Part shown: positions 15,869 to 25,047 of the stretch, one piece after another
How positions within the stretch are numbered: position 1 is the stretch's first letter
Layout of the letters: each line of letters opens with the position of its first letter
Assembly: GCA_041659445.1 (NCBI GenBank)
Contig: JBAZYG010000002.1
Coordinates: 189,869 to 221,868 of the forward strand
DNA length: 32,000 nucleotides
DNA from: Candidatus Saccharimonadota bacterium
Lineage (GTDB): Archaea; Nanobdellota; Nanobdellia; Pacearchaeales; GW2011-AR1
Direction of reading: 5' to 3'
Translations under genes and position numbers: made by a program
The notes under the pieces: model-generated
Seen by the model: the letters and a program-made list of their open reading frames with translations, nothing else
Databases searched by the model: none
Told to the model about the DNA's origin: nothing

Positions 15869-16132
15869 CTAAACTTTTAGCATTTCTTTTTTTAGAATAA
15901 AATATTTTTTATTTTGAGGATCATATTTGATTGTTTGAAAATGTTCAAGTTTTTCTATATAGTTTGTTGTTGGTTCTGTTACTCTAGCATAAATTCCAAA
16001 ATTTTTTTCAAGTGATTCCCTTAAATCATTAAAACTAAATGATTTCCAATTTAAAATACAATCATCAATAAATTTTATTGCAAATTCTGTTTGCTCAGGA
16101 AGGGGCTTATTTTTAGATATTTTAGAAATCAT
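15869..16132 (-). CDS. Hypothetical protein (87 aa) translationally coupled to ftsZ
   Basis: TAAAATG junction with the ftsZ stop (16130-16136). No family recognised. Confidence 0.5.
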   Translation of the reverse strand: MISKISKNKPLPEQTEFAIKFIDDCILNWKSFSFNDLRESLEKNFGIYARVTEPTTNYIEKLEHFQTIKYDPQNKKYFILKKEMLKV

Positions 16133-16133
16133 T

Positions 16134-17228
16134 TTATTCTTCTAAGAATTCAATGCCTAATTCTTCTTCGATTTCTCTATGTTTTCTGTCTTTCATTGAA
16201 TCTTCTTGTCCAAGTATTTGTGAACTTTTAACTCCAGTAACAATCAATAAAACTCTAATTGCTTTTGCCATGTCTTCAGAAATTTTTGCCCCCCAAATCA
16301 TTTTTGCATCAGGACTTAATTTATCTCCAACACCTTTTATAATTTCTTTGCATTCATCTAAACTCATATCCGACCCACCAATAATATTTACCAAGGCACC
16401 TTTTGCATTTGAAATATCTACGTCGAGCAAAGGATTAAAAATTGCTTTTTTGACAGAATCTTGTGCTCTATTCTCGCTGTCAGATTCTCCCATACCAATT
16501 AAAGAAACTCCTCCGTCAATCATTACTGCTTTTACATCTGCAAAATCCAAGTTTACTAAACCAGAAGTTGTTACTAATTCTGTTATTCCTTTGACAGCAT
16601 TTGTTAAAATTTCATCTGCGATTTTGAAAGCAGTTTGAAGAGGTAATTCAGGTGCTAATTCAAGTAATTTATCATTTGGAATTACAATTAATGTATCCAC
16701 AACAGATTCCATTCTCTCTAATCCACCGACGGCATTTTCAATTCTTTTTTGCCCTTCAACTGTAAAAGGCATTGTTACAACACCAATAACCAAAGAACCT
16801 TGTTTTTTAGCAATTGAAGAAACAACAGGAGCAGCACCAGTTCCAGTTCCACCACCCATACCACAAGTAATAAAAATCATATCTGCACCTTCTAATTTTT
16901 TCTTTATTTCTGAAGAAGATTCTTTTGCAGCTTCTTGTCCTATTTTAGGATTACTTCCTGCACCCAATCCTTGTGTTAATTCTTTTCCAATCAAAATTTT
17001 GTGATCTGCATTAGCATAAAGTAAATCTTGAGCGTCTGTATTTATAGCAATTAATTCTCCACCTCGAATTCCAATTTCTCTCATTCTTGAGATTGAATTA
17101 TTTCCTGCACCACCAATTCCAATTATTCTAATTTTTGCAGATTGCTTTTTTATAATTTCTTCAAGTTCCTTGTCAATTTCTAATGTTGGTGATTCATAAG
17201 AACCATCTCTTTTGAAAATTTCTGCCAT
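16134..17228 (-). CDS. ftsZ: Cell division GTPase FtsZ
   Basis: IGIGGAGNNSISRM and the tubulin signature GMGGGTGTGAAPVVS. 364 aa with an acidic C-terminal peptide. Confidence 0.95.
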   Translation of the reverse strand: MAEIFKRDGSYESPTLEIDKELEEIIKKQSAKIRIIGIGGAGNNSISRMREIGIRGGELIAINTDAQDLLYANADHKILIGKELTQGLGAGSNPKIGQEAAKESSSEIKKKLEGADMIFITCGMGGGTGTGAAPVVSSIAKKQGSLVIGVVTMPFTVEGQKRIENAVGGLERMESVVDTLIVIPNDKLLELAPELPLQTAFKIADEILTNAVKGITELVTTSGLVNLDFADVKAVMIDGGVSLIGMGESDSENRAQDSVKKAIFNPLLDVDISNAKGALVNIIGGSDMSLDECKEIIKGVGDKLSPDAKMIWGAKISEDMAKAIRVLLIVTGVKSSQILGQEDSMKDRKHREIEEELGIEFLEE

Positions 17229-17269
17229 GTTGTATAAAAGAACGAGTGATTTAAAAGCATTATTGTTCC

Positions 17270-17935
17270 CTAAACAGTAAGTTTTTCTTTATCTTTCAAA
17301 CTTTCCTCTTTTTCAATCTCTTTTACTTTTAAATCTAAATCTAAGATACTTTTATATTTATCTTTAAATAATTCAGCAATTCTTCCAAAACCCTTTTCTG
17401 TTTCAAGTTCTAAAGTTTTTCCATCTACAGAAAATTTAAAATCTTTTCTAAATAAAAAGTCATTCACTGCTTTTATTTTTTCGTTTAAATTTTCTATTTT
17501 TTTTATAATTTTAATTTCATAAATCACATCTTTTCCTGCTAAAAAATGATTGAAATCAACAATTACTCTTCCTCCTGAAACAGTCAAAATTTTCCCAATT
17601 CTTCCGTCAAAGTTTAATGCAAGTCCAGGAATAGGATTAATTTTTTGTTCATAGAATGCTTTAGCAGGAATAATTTGCACAAGAGAAGATTGTCTTTTAC
17701 CAAATGCTTTTTCAGATTGAAGTTCTATTTTGTATTTTCCAATTTCTTTTCCAATCAAAAATTCATCAACACTTTTGAGAAACATGTCTTCGCCAATGCA
17801 GTAAACAAAAGGTTTTGCTTCTCCTTGTAAATTCGATTCTCTTAAATCTTCGGCTATGTTTGTATCAAAAATTTGTCCATCTTTAGTTTTAGCTGTAAAT
17901 TCAATTTCAATGAAATCTTTTTTTTGTAAAGCCAT
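17270..17935 (-). CDS. FKBP-type peptidyl-prolyl cis-trans isomerase (long archaeal type with insert-in-flap and C-terminal domain)
   Basis: DFIEIEFTAKTKDGQIFDTN...GGRVIVDFNHFLAGKDVIYEIKIIK is the typical SlyD/archaeal FKBP pattern. Confidence 0.8.
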   Translation of the reverse strand: MALQKKDFIEIEFTAKTKDGQIFDTNIAEDLRESNLQGEAKPFVYCIGEDMFLKSVDEFLIGKEIGKYKIELQSEKAFGKRQSSLVQIIPAKAFYEQKINPIPGLALNFDGRIGKILTVSGGRVIVDFNHFLAGKDVIYEIKIIKKIENLNEKIKAVNDFLFRKDFKFSVDGKTLELETEKGFGRIAELFKDKYKSILDLDLKVKEIEKEESLKDKEKLTV

Positions 17936-18038
17936 GAATTAAAAATTAAAAGTAGGTTTATAAAATTAATGGGAATTGAGTTATTTTTGATTTTCAATCC
18001 TACCAAACTTTTATAAATATACTTTTTTTCTTACAATT

Positions 18039-18428
18039 ATGGTTGCAAAAATTATCAATGCTACAGAAGCTCGTGTAGGTACAAATATTATAATCGAAGG
18101 TCAACCTTTTACTGTTAAGAAAATAGATATTTCAAAAACAGGAAAACACGGACATGCAAAATGTAGAATTGAAGCATCACATATGATGACTGAATCTAAA
18201 AAAGTTTTTGTAGTTCCAGGACATGACAGATTCGAAGTTCCAATGGTGAATAAAAAAAGAGCACAAGTTCTTTCACATCACGGAGATAAGGCAAGTGTTA
18301 TGGATTTAGAAACTTTTGAAACAATTGAGATAGATGTTCCAGAAGAATTAACTCATGAAATTCAAGAAAACGAAAATGTTGAATATTGGGATATTGAAGG
18401 AACTTTAATTCTTAAAAGAAAAGTATAA
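18039..18428 (+). CDS. eif5a: Translation initiation factor 5A (aIF5A)
   Basis: Hypusine-site motif SKTGKHGHAKCRIEA. 129 aa. TATA-like TTTTATAAATAT lies about 25 nt upstream of the ATG. Confidence 0.9.
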   Translation: MVAKIINATEARVGTNIIIEGQPFTVKKIDISKTGKHGHAKCRIEASHMMTESKKVFVVPGHDRFEVPMVNKKRAQVLSHHGDKASVMDLETFETIEIDVPEELTHEIQENENVEYWDIEGTLILKRKV

Positions 18429-18477
18429 TACTCAATTACATAAATCTTTAAAAAGATATTTAATTGATTTTTAGATA

Positions 18478-18852
18478 ATGGTTGATAAAAAGATAAAAAT
18501 GGATAATATTCATTTTATGAATGAAATGATTCCATATTCTTATTTGGAAACACTTTGTTGGGGTTTAAATGAAATTGCTTCTATGTCTCCAATAAATCCT
18601 ACTGAAAAAATAAAAAATAAATATCCAAATATTTCTGCAGAATCCCGAACAATTTATGTAAAAGTAATTCCAAATGAAATTCTTTATTTAGTTGAAGAAA
18701 AAGCTACGCCTAGGGGAAAGCTAGAATGTCCTATTAATTGTCGAGGTTATGTTCTTGATTTAAGAGAAGGTAAAGAATTGTTGTCTGTTTTAAAATTAGA
18801 AAGATTAGTTAAGATTATGGATATTCAAATTGGTTCTGATTTAATTGATTAA
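18478..18852 (+). CDS. Hypothetical protein (124 aa)
   Basis: Open frame downstream of aIF5A. No family recognised. Confidence 0.45.
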   Translation: MVDKKIKMDNIHFMNEMIPYSYLETLCWGLNEIASMSPINPTEKIKNKYPNISAESRTIYVKVIPNEILYLVEEKATPRGKLECPINCRGYVLDLREGKELLSVLKLERLVKIMDIQIGSDLID

Positions 18853-19020
18853 TAATTTTCAATCCCAATCTTTAAAAACCCTTTTTTTCTAAAGTAATTG
18901 TATTAAATAAAAACACTAAGAAATTTTGATGTTTGCGATTTCAATCAGAGGCAGTTAAAGAAATCGTCCTTCAGTGCAAATAGGAAGGTTGAACGTCAAG
19001 GAAACCTTGGTTTACTTACG

Positions 19021-19185
19021 ATGGGAACAAAAATACCTGAAGCACAAAATAGAATGTTTAGAAATGTCTTTGTTTGTAATAATTGTCATAGTAAAGTTCG
19101 AGCAGATGCACAAAGAGTTTTAAAAGGAAAAGTTAAATGCAGAAAGTGCAAAAAAAATTCATTCAGAGTTATAAAGAAAAAATAA
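19021..19185 (+). CDS. rpl40e: 50S ribosomal protein L40e
   Basis: Not in the ORF track (54 aa). My translation is MGTKIPEAQNRMFRNVFVCNNCHSKVRADAQRVLKGKVKCRKCKKNSFRVIKKK*. It has a CxxC...CxxC zinc ribbon and the basic pattern typical of archaeal L40e. Confidence 0.75.
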   Translation: MGTKIPEAQNRMFRNVFVCNNCHSKVRADAQRVLKGKVKCRKCKKNSFRVIKKK

Positions 19186-19249
19186 TTTTTAATCTATTTA
19201 CCTTACATTTTTAAACTCTAAATTTCTTTTAAATTAAAGAGGAACATAA

Positions 19250-20665
19250 ATGGAAACTTTTACTATTGTTGACTTATCATTATTAGTTGCTTTTGCAATT
19301 TTCGTTGGAATTTTTCTTTATATTAATCGTAGAAATCTTAAAAAAGACGGACTTTTCTTTTTGTATCGAACTAAATGGGGAATAAATTTAATAAATAAAA
19401 CTGCAAAAAAATATCCCAAGACATTGAAAGTTCTTGCATGGATTTCTGTAATTGTCGGATATATTTTGATGATTTTGATGGTTTATCTTTTTATAAGAAT
19501 TTTATGGATTTATCTTTTTCATGCAGATGTTGTTCGTGCAGTTAAATTACCTCCAGTTGCACCATTAATTCCTTATTTACCACAAATTTTCAAAGTGAGT
19601 TTTTTACCAAACTTTTATTTCATACATTGGATAATTATTTTAGCAGTCATTGCAATATTTCATGAATTTTTTCACGGAATTTTTGCAGCGCTATACAAAG
19701 TGAAAATCAAGCAAACAGGTTTTGGTTTTTTTCCATTTTTCTTACCAATTCTTCCAGCAGCTTTTGTTGAATTAGACGAGAAAGTCATGCAAAAAAAGAA
19801 AAATTTCCAGCAAAGAGCAGTTTTATCTGCAGGAACTTTTGCAAATATTTTAACTGCGCTTTTGGGCTTGATTATAATTTTTGTTTTTTTTCATTTTTCA
19901 TTTGCACCTTCAGGGGTAGTTTTTGATGACTATGCTTATGATGTGATAAATGTTTCTTCAGTAACAGCTGTCAACGGAATTTCATTATTAAATCCAACTT
20001 ATTCAGATATTTCTCCTTTAATTATAGATAAAGAAAAAAATTATGTTCAAGCAGGGAATTCTACTTATGCAGGAATAAAAGGTGTCACGTCAGATAAAAA
20101 ACAATTAGCAGTTTATTTTGATTCACCTGCAATTAATTCAGAAATTTTTGGAGCAATCATTAGTATTAATGGACAAGAAATTTCTAACTTAGAAGATTTT
20201 CAAAATGAATTATCTAAATATTCAGTTGGTGAAAAAATAATTCTTACAACAAAAACAGGTGATGAAATTAAAAATTATGAAATAAACCTTTCAGAAAATC
20301 CAGAAAATCCAGGAACATCTTGGTTAGGAATTAGTTTTTATGAAACAAATTCAAAAGGTGCAATGGCAAAAATTGTTGGATTTTTTTCATCATACAAAAA
20401 ACCACATATTTATTATGAAGAGAAATACAATGGTGCTCAGTTTATTTATGATTTTTTATGGTGGTTGGTTTTAATTGCATTTAGTGTGGCTTTAGTTAAC
20501 ATGCTTCCTATGGGTGTTTTCGACGGTGGAAGGTTCTTTTATTTAACAGTTTTTGCAATAACTAAAAGAGAAAAAATTGCAATGAAGTCATTTAAAATTT
20601 TCACATACATTTTATTGTTCTTGTTAATTTTGATTATGGTTTATTGGGCAAAAAGTTTTTTCTAA
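19250..20665 (+). CDS. Site-2 protease family (M50) membrane metalloprotease with PDZ-like insert
   Basis: HEFFHG (HExxH) in a TM helix. A second motif, NMLPMGVFDGG, lies near the C-terminus. The protein is polytopic, with a central soluble PDZ-like segment (ISINGQEISNLEDFQNEL). Confidence 0.85.
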   Translation: METFTIVDLSLLVAFAIFVGIFLYINRRNLKKDGLFFLYRTKWGINLINKTAKKYPKTLKVLAWISVIVGYILMILMVYLFIRILWIYLFHADVVRAVKLPPVAPLIPYLPQIFKVSFLPNFYFIHWIIILAVIAIFHEFFHGIFAALYKVKIKQTGFGFFPFFLPILPAAFVELDEKVMQKKKNFQQRAVLSAGTFANILTALLGLIIIFVFFHFSFAPSGVVFDDYAYDVINVSSVTAVNGISLLNPTYSDISPLIIDKEKNYVQAGNSTYAGIKGVTSDKKQLAVYFDSPAINSEIFGAIISINGQEISNLEDFQNELSKYSVGEKIILTTKTGDEIKNYEINLSENPENPGTSWLGISFYETNSKGAMAKIVGFFSSYKKPHIYYEEKYNGAQFIYDFLWWLVLIAFSVALVNMLPMGVFDGGRFFYLTVFAITKREKIAMKSFKIFTYILLFLLILIMVYWAKSFF

Positions 20666-20714
20666 TGTAGTTTATCACAATAATCTTTATATATCTCTTT
20701 TTCAATAAAAAAAT

Positions 20715-21287
20715 ATGAAATTTTTAGTAAGAGGAACTGGTGAAAAAAAAGGAAGTTTTCTTGAAGCTACATTAGAAGAAGAATATTATAAAATTCCTAG
20801 AACTCCCACAGATATTGAAGTTGACCCAAGAAAATTAATTCATTTTGGAACAGATTTAGTAGATATAAGGTCATCTATAGATATACAACAACATATTGAG
20901 AAAATGGAAGAATCAGGAGTTGACTATCTTTACATTTCTGAAGGAGAAGATGTTGATTTTGCACAAGCAGGAAAAAGATTAGCAACCATAACTGCATATA
21001 TAGATTCTCAAGAAATTAAAGATTATTATAAAAAAGATATTGGGAAAGAGTTAATAGATTGGAATTTAATAATAGAGATTGAAAAAGGAACATCTAAAAG
21101 AATGCGGGGACATACTGCAAGAATAAGAGATACAATGATAAGCCGTAATTACACTATCTTTGATAACGAAAAAATTTTGGATTTTTATTTGTGCATAAAA
21201 AATGAAAACCGTTATTCTCGAAACTTTGGAAAAAAATCTTTTGATACACTTGAAAAATATCTTAAGAAAATAAATATGATTGATTAA
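20715..21287 (+). CDS. Hypothetical protein (190 aa)
   Basis: Long open frame. No family recognised. Confidence 0.5.
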   Translation: MKFLVRGTGEKKGSFLEATLEEEYYKIPRTPTDIEVDPRKLIHFGTDLVDIRSSIDIQQHIEKMEESGVDYLYISEGEDVDFAQAGKRLATITAYIDSQEIKDYYKKDIGKELIDWNLIIEIEKGTSKRMRGHTARIRDTMISRNYTIFDNEKILDFYLCIKNENRYSRNFGKKSFDTLEKYLKKINMID

Positions 21288-21363
21288 TAAACTATTTTCT
21301 TAAACAAAAGTTTATATTCTAAATTATAACAATATTTATAAATGAAGATTTTATTTGTTTTTT

Positions 21364-21693
21364 ATGGTAGGATTAGTTGATATGATGAATATTCAAGCAT
21401 TAAATCATGTTGAATCAATTTTGAAAGATTGTTCAACCAATGAATTATCTGAATTTCTTTTAGAAGTTAAGAAAAGATTTGAAAATAAAACTCTTGAAAG
21501 GCCAACAAAAGAGGGAATTTATCCCAATGAATCTTCTTATTTTACAATGGGTTTAGCTTGTGTAAATATTTTAAAAAAAAGAGAAGGAAAATGGTTTGTT
21601 TATAATCTAACTGGAATAAAAAAACCAAAAACCTTATCAGAAAAAATTAAGTTTAATTTAAAAGAAATTTATTATAGTTTGAGTTATAGCTAA
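21364..21693 (+). CDS. Hypothetical protein (about 109 aa)
   Basis: The ORF track starts at TTG 21355. The first ATG is at 21364, and the true start is uncertain. No family recognised. Confidence 0.4.
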   Translation: MVGLVDMMNIQALNHVESILKDCSTNELSEFLLEVKKRFENKTLERPTKEGIYPNESSYFTMGLACVNILKKREGKWFVYNLTGIKKPKTLSEKIKFNLKEIYYSLSYS

Positions 21694-21723
21694 GTTTAAA
21701 ACTTCTTTTTTCTCTTTAAATTT

Positions 21724-22761
21724 ATGATTCCATCAAAAGTTCAAGAAATTTTGAAAAAAATGCATTATGAAATAGTTGGAAATCATTCTGCAGTTCAAGT
21801 TTGCCGATGGACAAAAAATTCACTTAATGGAAAAGGAGTTTGTTGGAAAGAAAAATTTTATGGAATTGAAAGTTCAAGATGTTGTCAAATGTCGCCTTCT
21901 GTAATGTGGTGTGAAAATGCATGTTTGCATTGTTGGAGACCTATAGAATATAATCTTGGAAAAAATATGAACAAAGTTAAAATAGATGAACCAAAAAAAA
22001 TTTTAGACGAAATAATTAAAGCAAGAAAAAAATTAATGATTGGTTATAAAGGAGATTTAAAAATTTCAAGAAAAAAAGTGAAAGAAGCATTTGAGCCAAT
22101 ACTTTTTACTTTGTCTTTATCAGGTGAAGCAACACTTTATCCAAAATTGCCAGAATTAATTCAAGAAATAAGAAAACGAAAAGCAATTTCGTTTATTGTC
22201 ACAAACGGACAAAACCCAGAAATGATAAAAAAATTAGAAAAACTAAAATCTTTACCAACGCAATTGACAATTTCTATGAATGCTCCAAATGAAAAACTTT
22301 TTCAGATTTGGCATAACTCAAAAAATAAGGATTCTTGGAAGAGATTTAATAAAACTTTGGAATTAATGAAAAAATTAAAAGGAAAAACAAGAAGAGCAAT
22401 TAGGTTGACATTAGTAAAATATTTAGAAAATTCAAAAAGCAATAAGTTAAATTCAATTACAAACATGTCTGAAAAAAATGTAAAAGAGTATTCTAATTTG
22501 ATAAAAAAAGCAAATCCTGATTTTATTCATGTTAAAGGATTTAAATCATTAGGATATTCAAGAAAAAGATTTGGATATGATAAACAGCCATTTCATGAAG
22601 ATGTTGAAAACTATGCAAAAAAAATTATGAAAGAATTAAATAAAAACATTAAATCTGAAAAAGATAAATGGAAAATCCAAGGGCAAGAAAAAAGAAGTTG
22701 TGTTATTTTAATTTCACGTCGAGAAAAAAAAGATTTAAAGATTAAAAAAGAAGAGATTTAA
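21724..22761 (+). CDS. taw1: tRNA 4-demethylwyosine synthase Taw1/TYW1 (radical SAM)
   Basis: HSAVQVCRWTKNSLNGKGVCWKEKFYGIESSRCCQMSPSVMWCENACLHCWRP carries the TYW1 N-terminal Cys motif plus the CxxxCxxC radical-SAM cluster. Confidence 0.85.
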   Translation: MIPSKVQEILKKMHYEIVGNHSAVQVCRWTKNSLNGKGVCWKEKFYGIESSRCCQMSPSVMWCENACLHCWRPIEYNLGKNMNKVKIDEPKKILDEIIKARKKLMIGYKGDLKISRKKVKEAFEPILFTLSLSGEATLYPKLPELIQEIRKRKAISFIVTNGQNPEMIKKLEKLKSLPTQLTISMNAPNEKLFQIWHNSKNKDSWKRFNKTLELMKKLKGKTRRAIRLTLVKYLENSKSNKLNSITNMSEKNVKEYSNLIKKANPDFIHVKGFKSLGYSRKRFGYDKQPFHEDVENYAKKIMKELNKNIKSEKDKWKIQGQEKRSCVILISRREKKDLKIKKEEI

Positions 22762-22766
22762 AATTT

Positions 22767-23093
22767 TTAAAGAATAAATTTTTCCATAATTGAATTGGGT
22801 TTTTCATCTTTTCTGTGAGAAAAATAATTTGTAGTATTTTTTAATCCCAATATAAAACTTAATCCTCCAACAACATACGCTAAATTATATACCTTTTTGA
22901 AATTATTTTCTTTATCAAATTTTTTATTTACATACAAAGCACTAGTTATTATAATTGTTCCCAAAATAATTTCAACTAATCCTTTTTTTATTTTTGAATT
23001 AAGTTTCTTTTTAAATTCTTTTTCATTCAAGATATTGAGGTTAATTTTTCCATCTATGTAATCTTTTGTTTTTCTTATATAATAATTTTCCAT
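22767..23093 (-). CDS. Small membrane protein (108 aa)
   Basis: Two hydrophobic helices (GLVEIILGTIIITSALYV, YNLAYVVGGLSFILGL). Convergent with taw1. Confidence 0.45.
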   Translation of the reverse strand: MENYYIRKTKDYIDGKINLNILNEKEFKKKLNSKIKKGLVEIILGTIIITSALYVNKKFDKENNFKKVYNLAYVVGGLSFILGLKNTTNYFSHRKDEKPNSIMEKFIL

Positions 23094-23099
23094 TTTATT

Positions 23100-23300
23100 T
23101 TAACAATCACAATTTACAGGATATTTATTTATTGAAGGTTCAAATGAATTAATTGTATTTTCATATTCTTCCATATTTTCAAAACCATAATTTTTTATTC
23201 TTTTTAAAAAATTATTATAATGATTTTCTAAAGAATTAATCATTTCGTCATTTTCTTTTGGAAAAATTTTTTGCATTAATTTATTTATTAGGTTATTCAT
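23100..23300 (-). CDS. Hypothetical small protein (66 aa)
   Basis: Open frame ending ...VNCDC. Preceded by an 80-nt AT-rich, promoter-like gap at 23301-23380. Confidence 0.4.
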   Translation of the reverse strand: MNNLINKLMQKIFPKENDEMINSLENHYNNFLKRIKNYGFENMEEYENTINSFEPSINKYPVNCDC

Positions 23301-23380
23301 TTTTTATTGTATCTTATAGTGTATTTAATTATTATGATAGTCTATAATATATATCTTTTATTTGTTAGAAAATAGCAGAT

Positions 23381-24073
23381 TTAAATTGTGAGATATAATA
23401 ATTTAGAGCAAATCCAAGAAAACTCTTTATATCCTTGGTTTGAAATTGCATTTATAATTCCATCTTTAATAATAATCTTTCCATGACTATTTTCTATTTT
23501 TTGAACACCTTTTTCCAAAATTAATTTTGTATCTCCTAATTTCATATGATTGTATAAAGAATTAACCCACTCTTGTGTTAAAACGCATTCTTCGTTTTTT
23601 TCTGGGAGCATTTGTAAATTATTCGGTAAAGGATAATACAAAGTTTTATTATCATCATGTAAAACTTTTGGAGTATCTATATTTGGATTAAGCAATTCAA
23701 TTAATTTAGAAGCAGTATTAAATGCAATAGCATTTTCAACAAAATAATCTAAGTTATGTCCACTTACAATATTTCCAAATTCTTCTTTTAATTCAAACCA
23801 TTTTCCATCATTATTAATATAAAAAGTTATTCCCTCATTTGAAAATCCAAAATAAGGATAACTTGAACTTGTATTTGGGTCAAAGAATTCAATTTCTTTT
23901 TTAACTTCAGGAAGTAATTTTTTTGCTAATTCTTCTTTTTTGTCTATTAATAATTTCTTTAATTTTTTTTGCTCGTTTTTATCTCCTGGGAAATAATAAA
24001 TTGCTCCTGGATTTAAATGAGGTGTATCATATCCAAAATAAGCTCCTTGTTTTTCCATTTTCTCAATCAACAT
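23381..24073 (-). CDS. ORFan operon gene 13: hypothetical protein (230 aa)
   Basis: Largest and last gene of the coupled operon. An alternative ATG at 24058 would avoid the 11-nt overlap. No family recognised. Confidence 0.55.
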   Translation of the reverse strand: MLIEKMEKQGAYFGYDTPHLNPGAIYYFPGDKNEQKKLKKLLIDKKEELAKKLLPEVKKEIEFFDPNTSSSYPYFGFSNEGITFYINNDGKWFELKEEFGNIVSGHNLDYFVENAIAFNTASKLIELLNPNIDTPKVLHDDNKTLYYPLPNNLQMLPEKNEECVLTQEWVNSLYNHMKLGDTKLILEKGVQKIENSHGKIIIKDGIINAISNQGYKEFSWICSKLLYLTI

Positions 24074-24377
24074 TAGCTTTCTTTTTTAAATAATGATTAG
24101 CTGTAAGATATTCTCCAAACAATAATGGTTTGAATACCCAAGATTCTTTCTTAAAATCTTCTTTTAATTCTTTTGCTTTGTCAATTCTTTTTTCTAATGT
24201 TGGTTTTTCTTTAATTTTTTGATTTGTTTCATAACCAACGTACCCATTTGTTAATAAAAAAGAACTTATTATAAATGTTGAACAAAAAACTTTAAAAAAT
24301 AATTCTGGATCAAAAAAAGGTTTTGGATTTTCATAGTGATTAAATAAATTATAAAATGGTGGGAATACAATTATCAT
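24063..24377 (-). CDS. ORFan operon gene 12: small membrane protein
   Basis: Start moved from 24404 to ATG 24377, which forms a TAAAATG junction with the upstream stop. Hydrophobic segment FFKVFCSTFIISSFLLTNGYVGY. Confidence 0.5.
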   Translation of the reverse strand: MIIVFPPFYNLFNHYENPKPFFDPELFFKVFCSTFIISSFLLTNGYVGYETNQKIKEKPTLEKRIDKAKELKEDFKKESWVFKPLLFGEYLTANHYLKKKANVD

Positions 24378-24378
24378 T

Positions 24379-24789
24379 TTAAAATCTAACTTCAATTTTG
24401 TCAAATTCAGGAGATAATTTTTCTTTTATTTGTTTTAAAAAATCATTACTTACAATTCCTATTCCATTAAAATGATTTTCACTAGTAATTCCACTCTTTA
24501 ATATTATTGCAGGTCCTTTTTCCTGGATTTTTCCAAGTTTTAATTTTGTTTTTATTCCTTCACAAATTTCTTCTAAATTATTTCCAGAACCACCTCCTCC
24601 ATCAAAAAAATCTTTATCAAAAAGAGAATAAGAGTATTGTAATTTTGGAGCAGAATTTCTTTGTGATAACGCTTCCATGTAACCTGGATGTCTTGTATTA
24701 GCCATATAATTTAATTCATCTTTGTCAGCAATTCCTCCTTGATTATTGTTGATGCATATGATTATTTCTTTTGTTTCATCTTGTTCCAT
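24379..24789 (-). CDS. ORFan operon gene 11: hypothetical protein (136 aa) with internal GGGGSG linker
   Basis: Open frame with TAAAATG junctions on both sides. No family recognised. Confidence 0.5.
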   Translation of the reverse strand: MEQDETKEIIICINNNQGGIADKDELNYMANTRHPGYMEALSQRNSAPKLQYSYSLFDKDFFDGGGGSGNNLEEICEGIKTKLKLGKIQEKGPAIILKSGITSENHFNGIGIVSNDFLKQIKEKLSPEFDKIEVRF

Positions 24790-24790
24790 T

Positions 24791-25045
24791 TTATTTTATT
24801 TTTTTTATTCCAAGTTTATTAATTAAAGATTTTGGAAGTTTTTCAATGCATTCATCTACTAATTGGTTGATGTCATTTTTTAATTCTTTGAGTCTATTTT
24901 CATCTTTTGATGTTTCACCAATTTCTATCCTGCAAATTAATCCGTCATAGTTACCCTTTTTCCAAGCATACGTATTGTAAACTAAAATCGAATCTTCAAT
25001 TATTTTTTTAACTTCTTGTTTCGTATAAAATTCTTTTTCTTCCAT
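24791..25045 (-). CDS. ORFan operon gene 10: hypothetical protein (84 aa)
   Basis: Open frame, tightly coupled to its neighbours. No family recognised. Confidence 0.5.
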   Translation of the reverse strand: MEEKEFYTKQEVKKIIEDSILVYNTYAWKKGNYDGLICRIEIGETSKDENRLKELKNDINQLVDECIEKLPKSLINKLGIKKIK

Positions 25046-25047
25046 TT

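Noticed and set aside
16153-17830. ORFs 16153-16638 (+) and 17645-17830 (+)
   Set aside because: They are antisense to ftsZ and to the FKBP gene respectively.
18925-19020. Possible C/D-box sRNA on the minus strand (two CTGA boxes at suitable spacing)
   Set aside because: The C and C' boxes (TTGACGT, GACGATT) are poor matches to RUGAUGA. No terminal stem is present. The only rRNA complementarity I found was an 8-mer, which is expected by chance.
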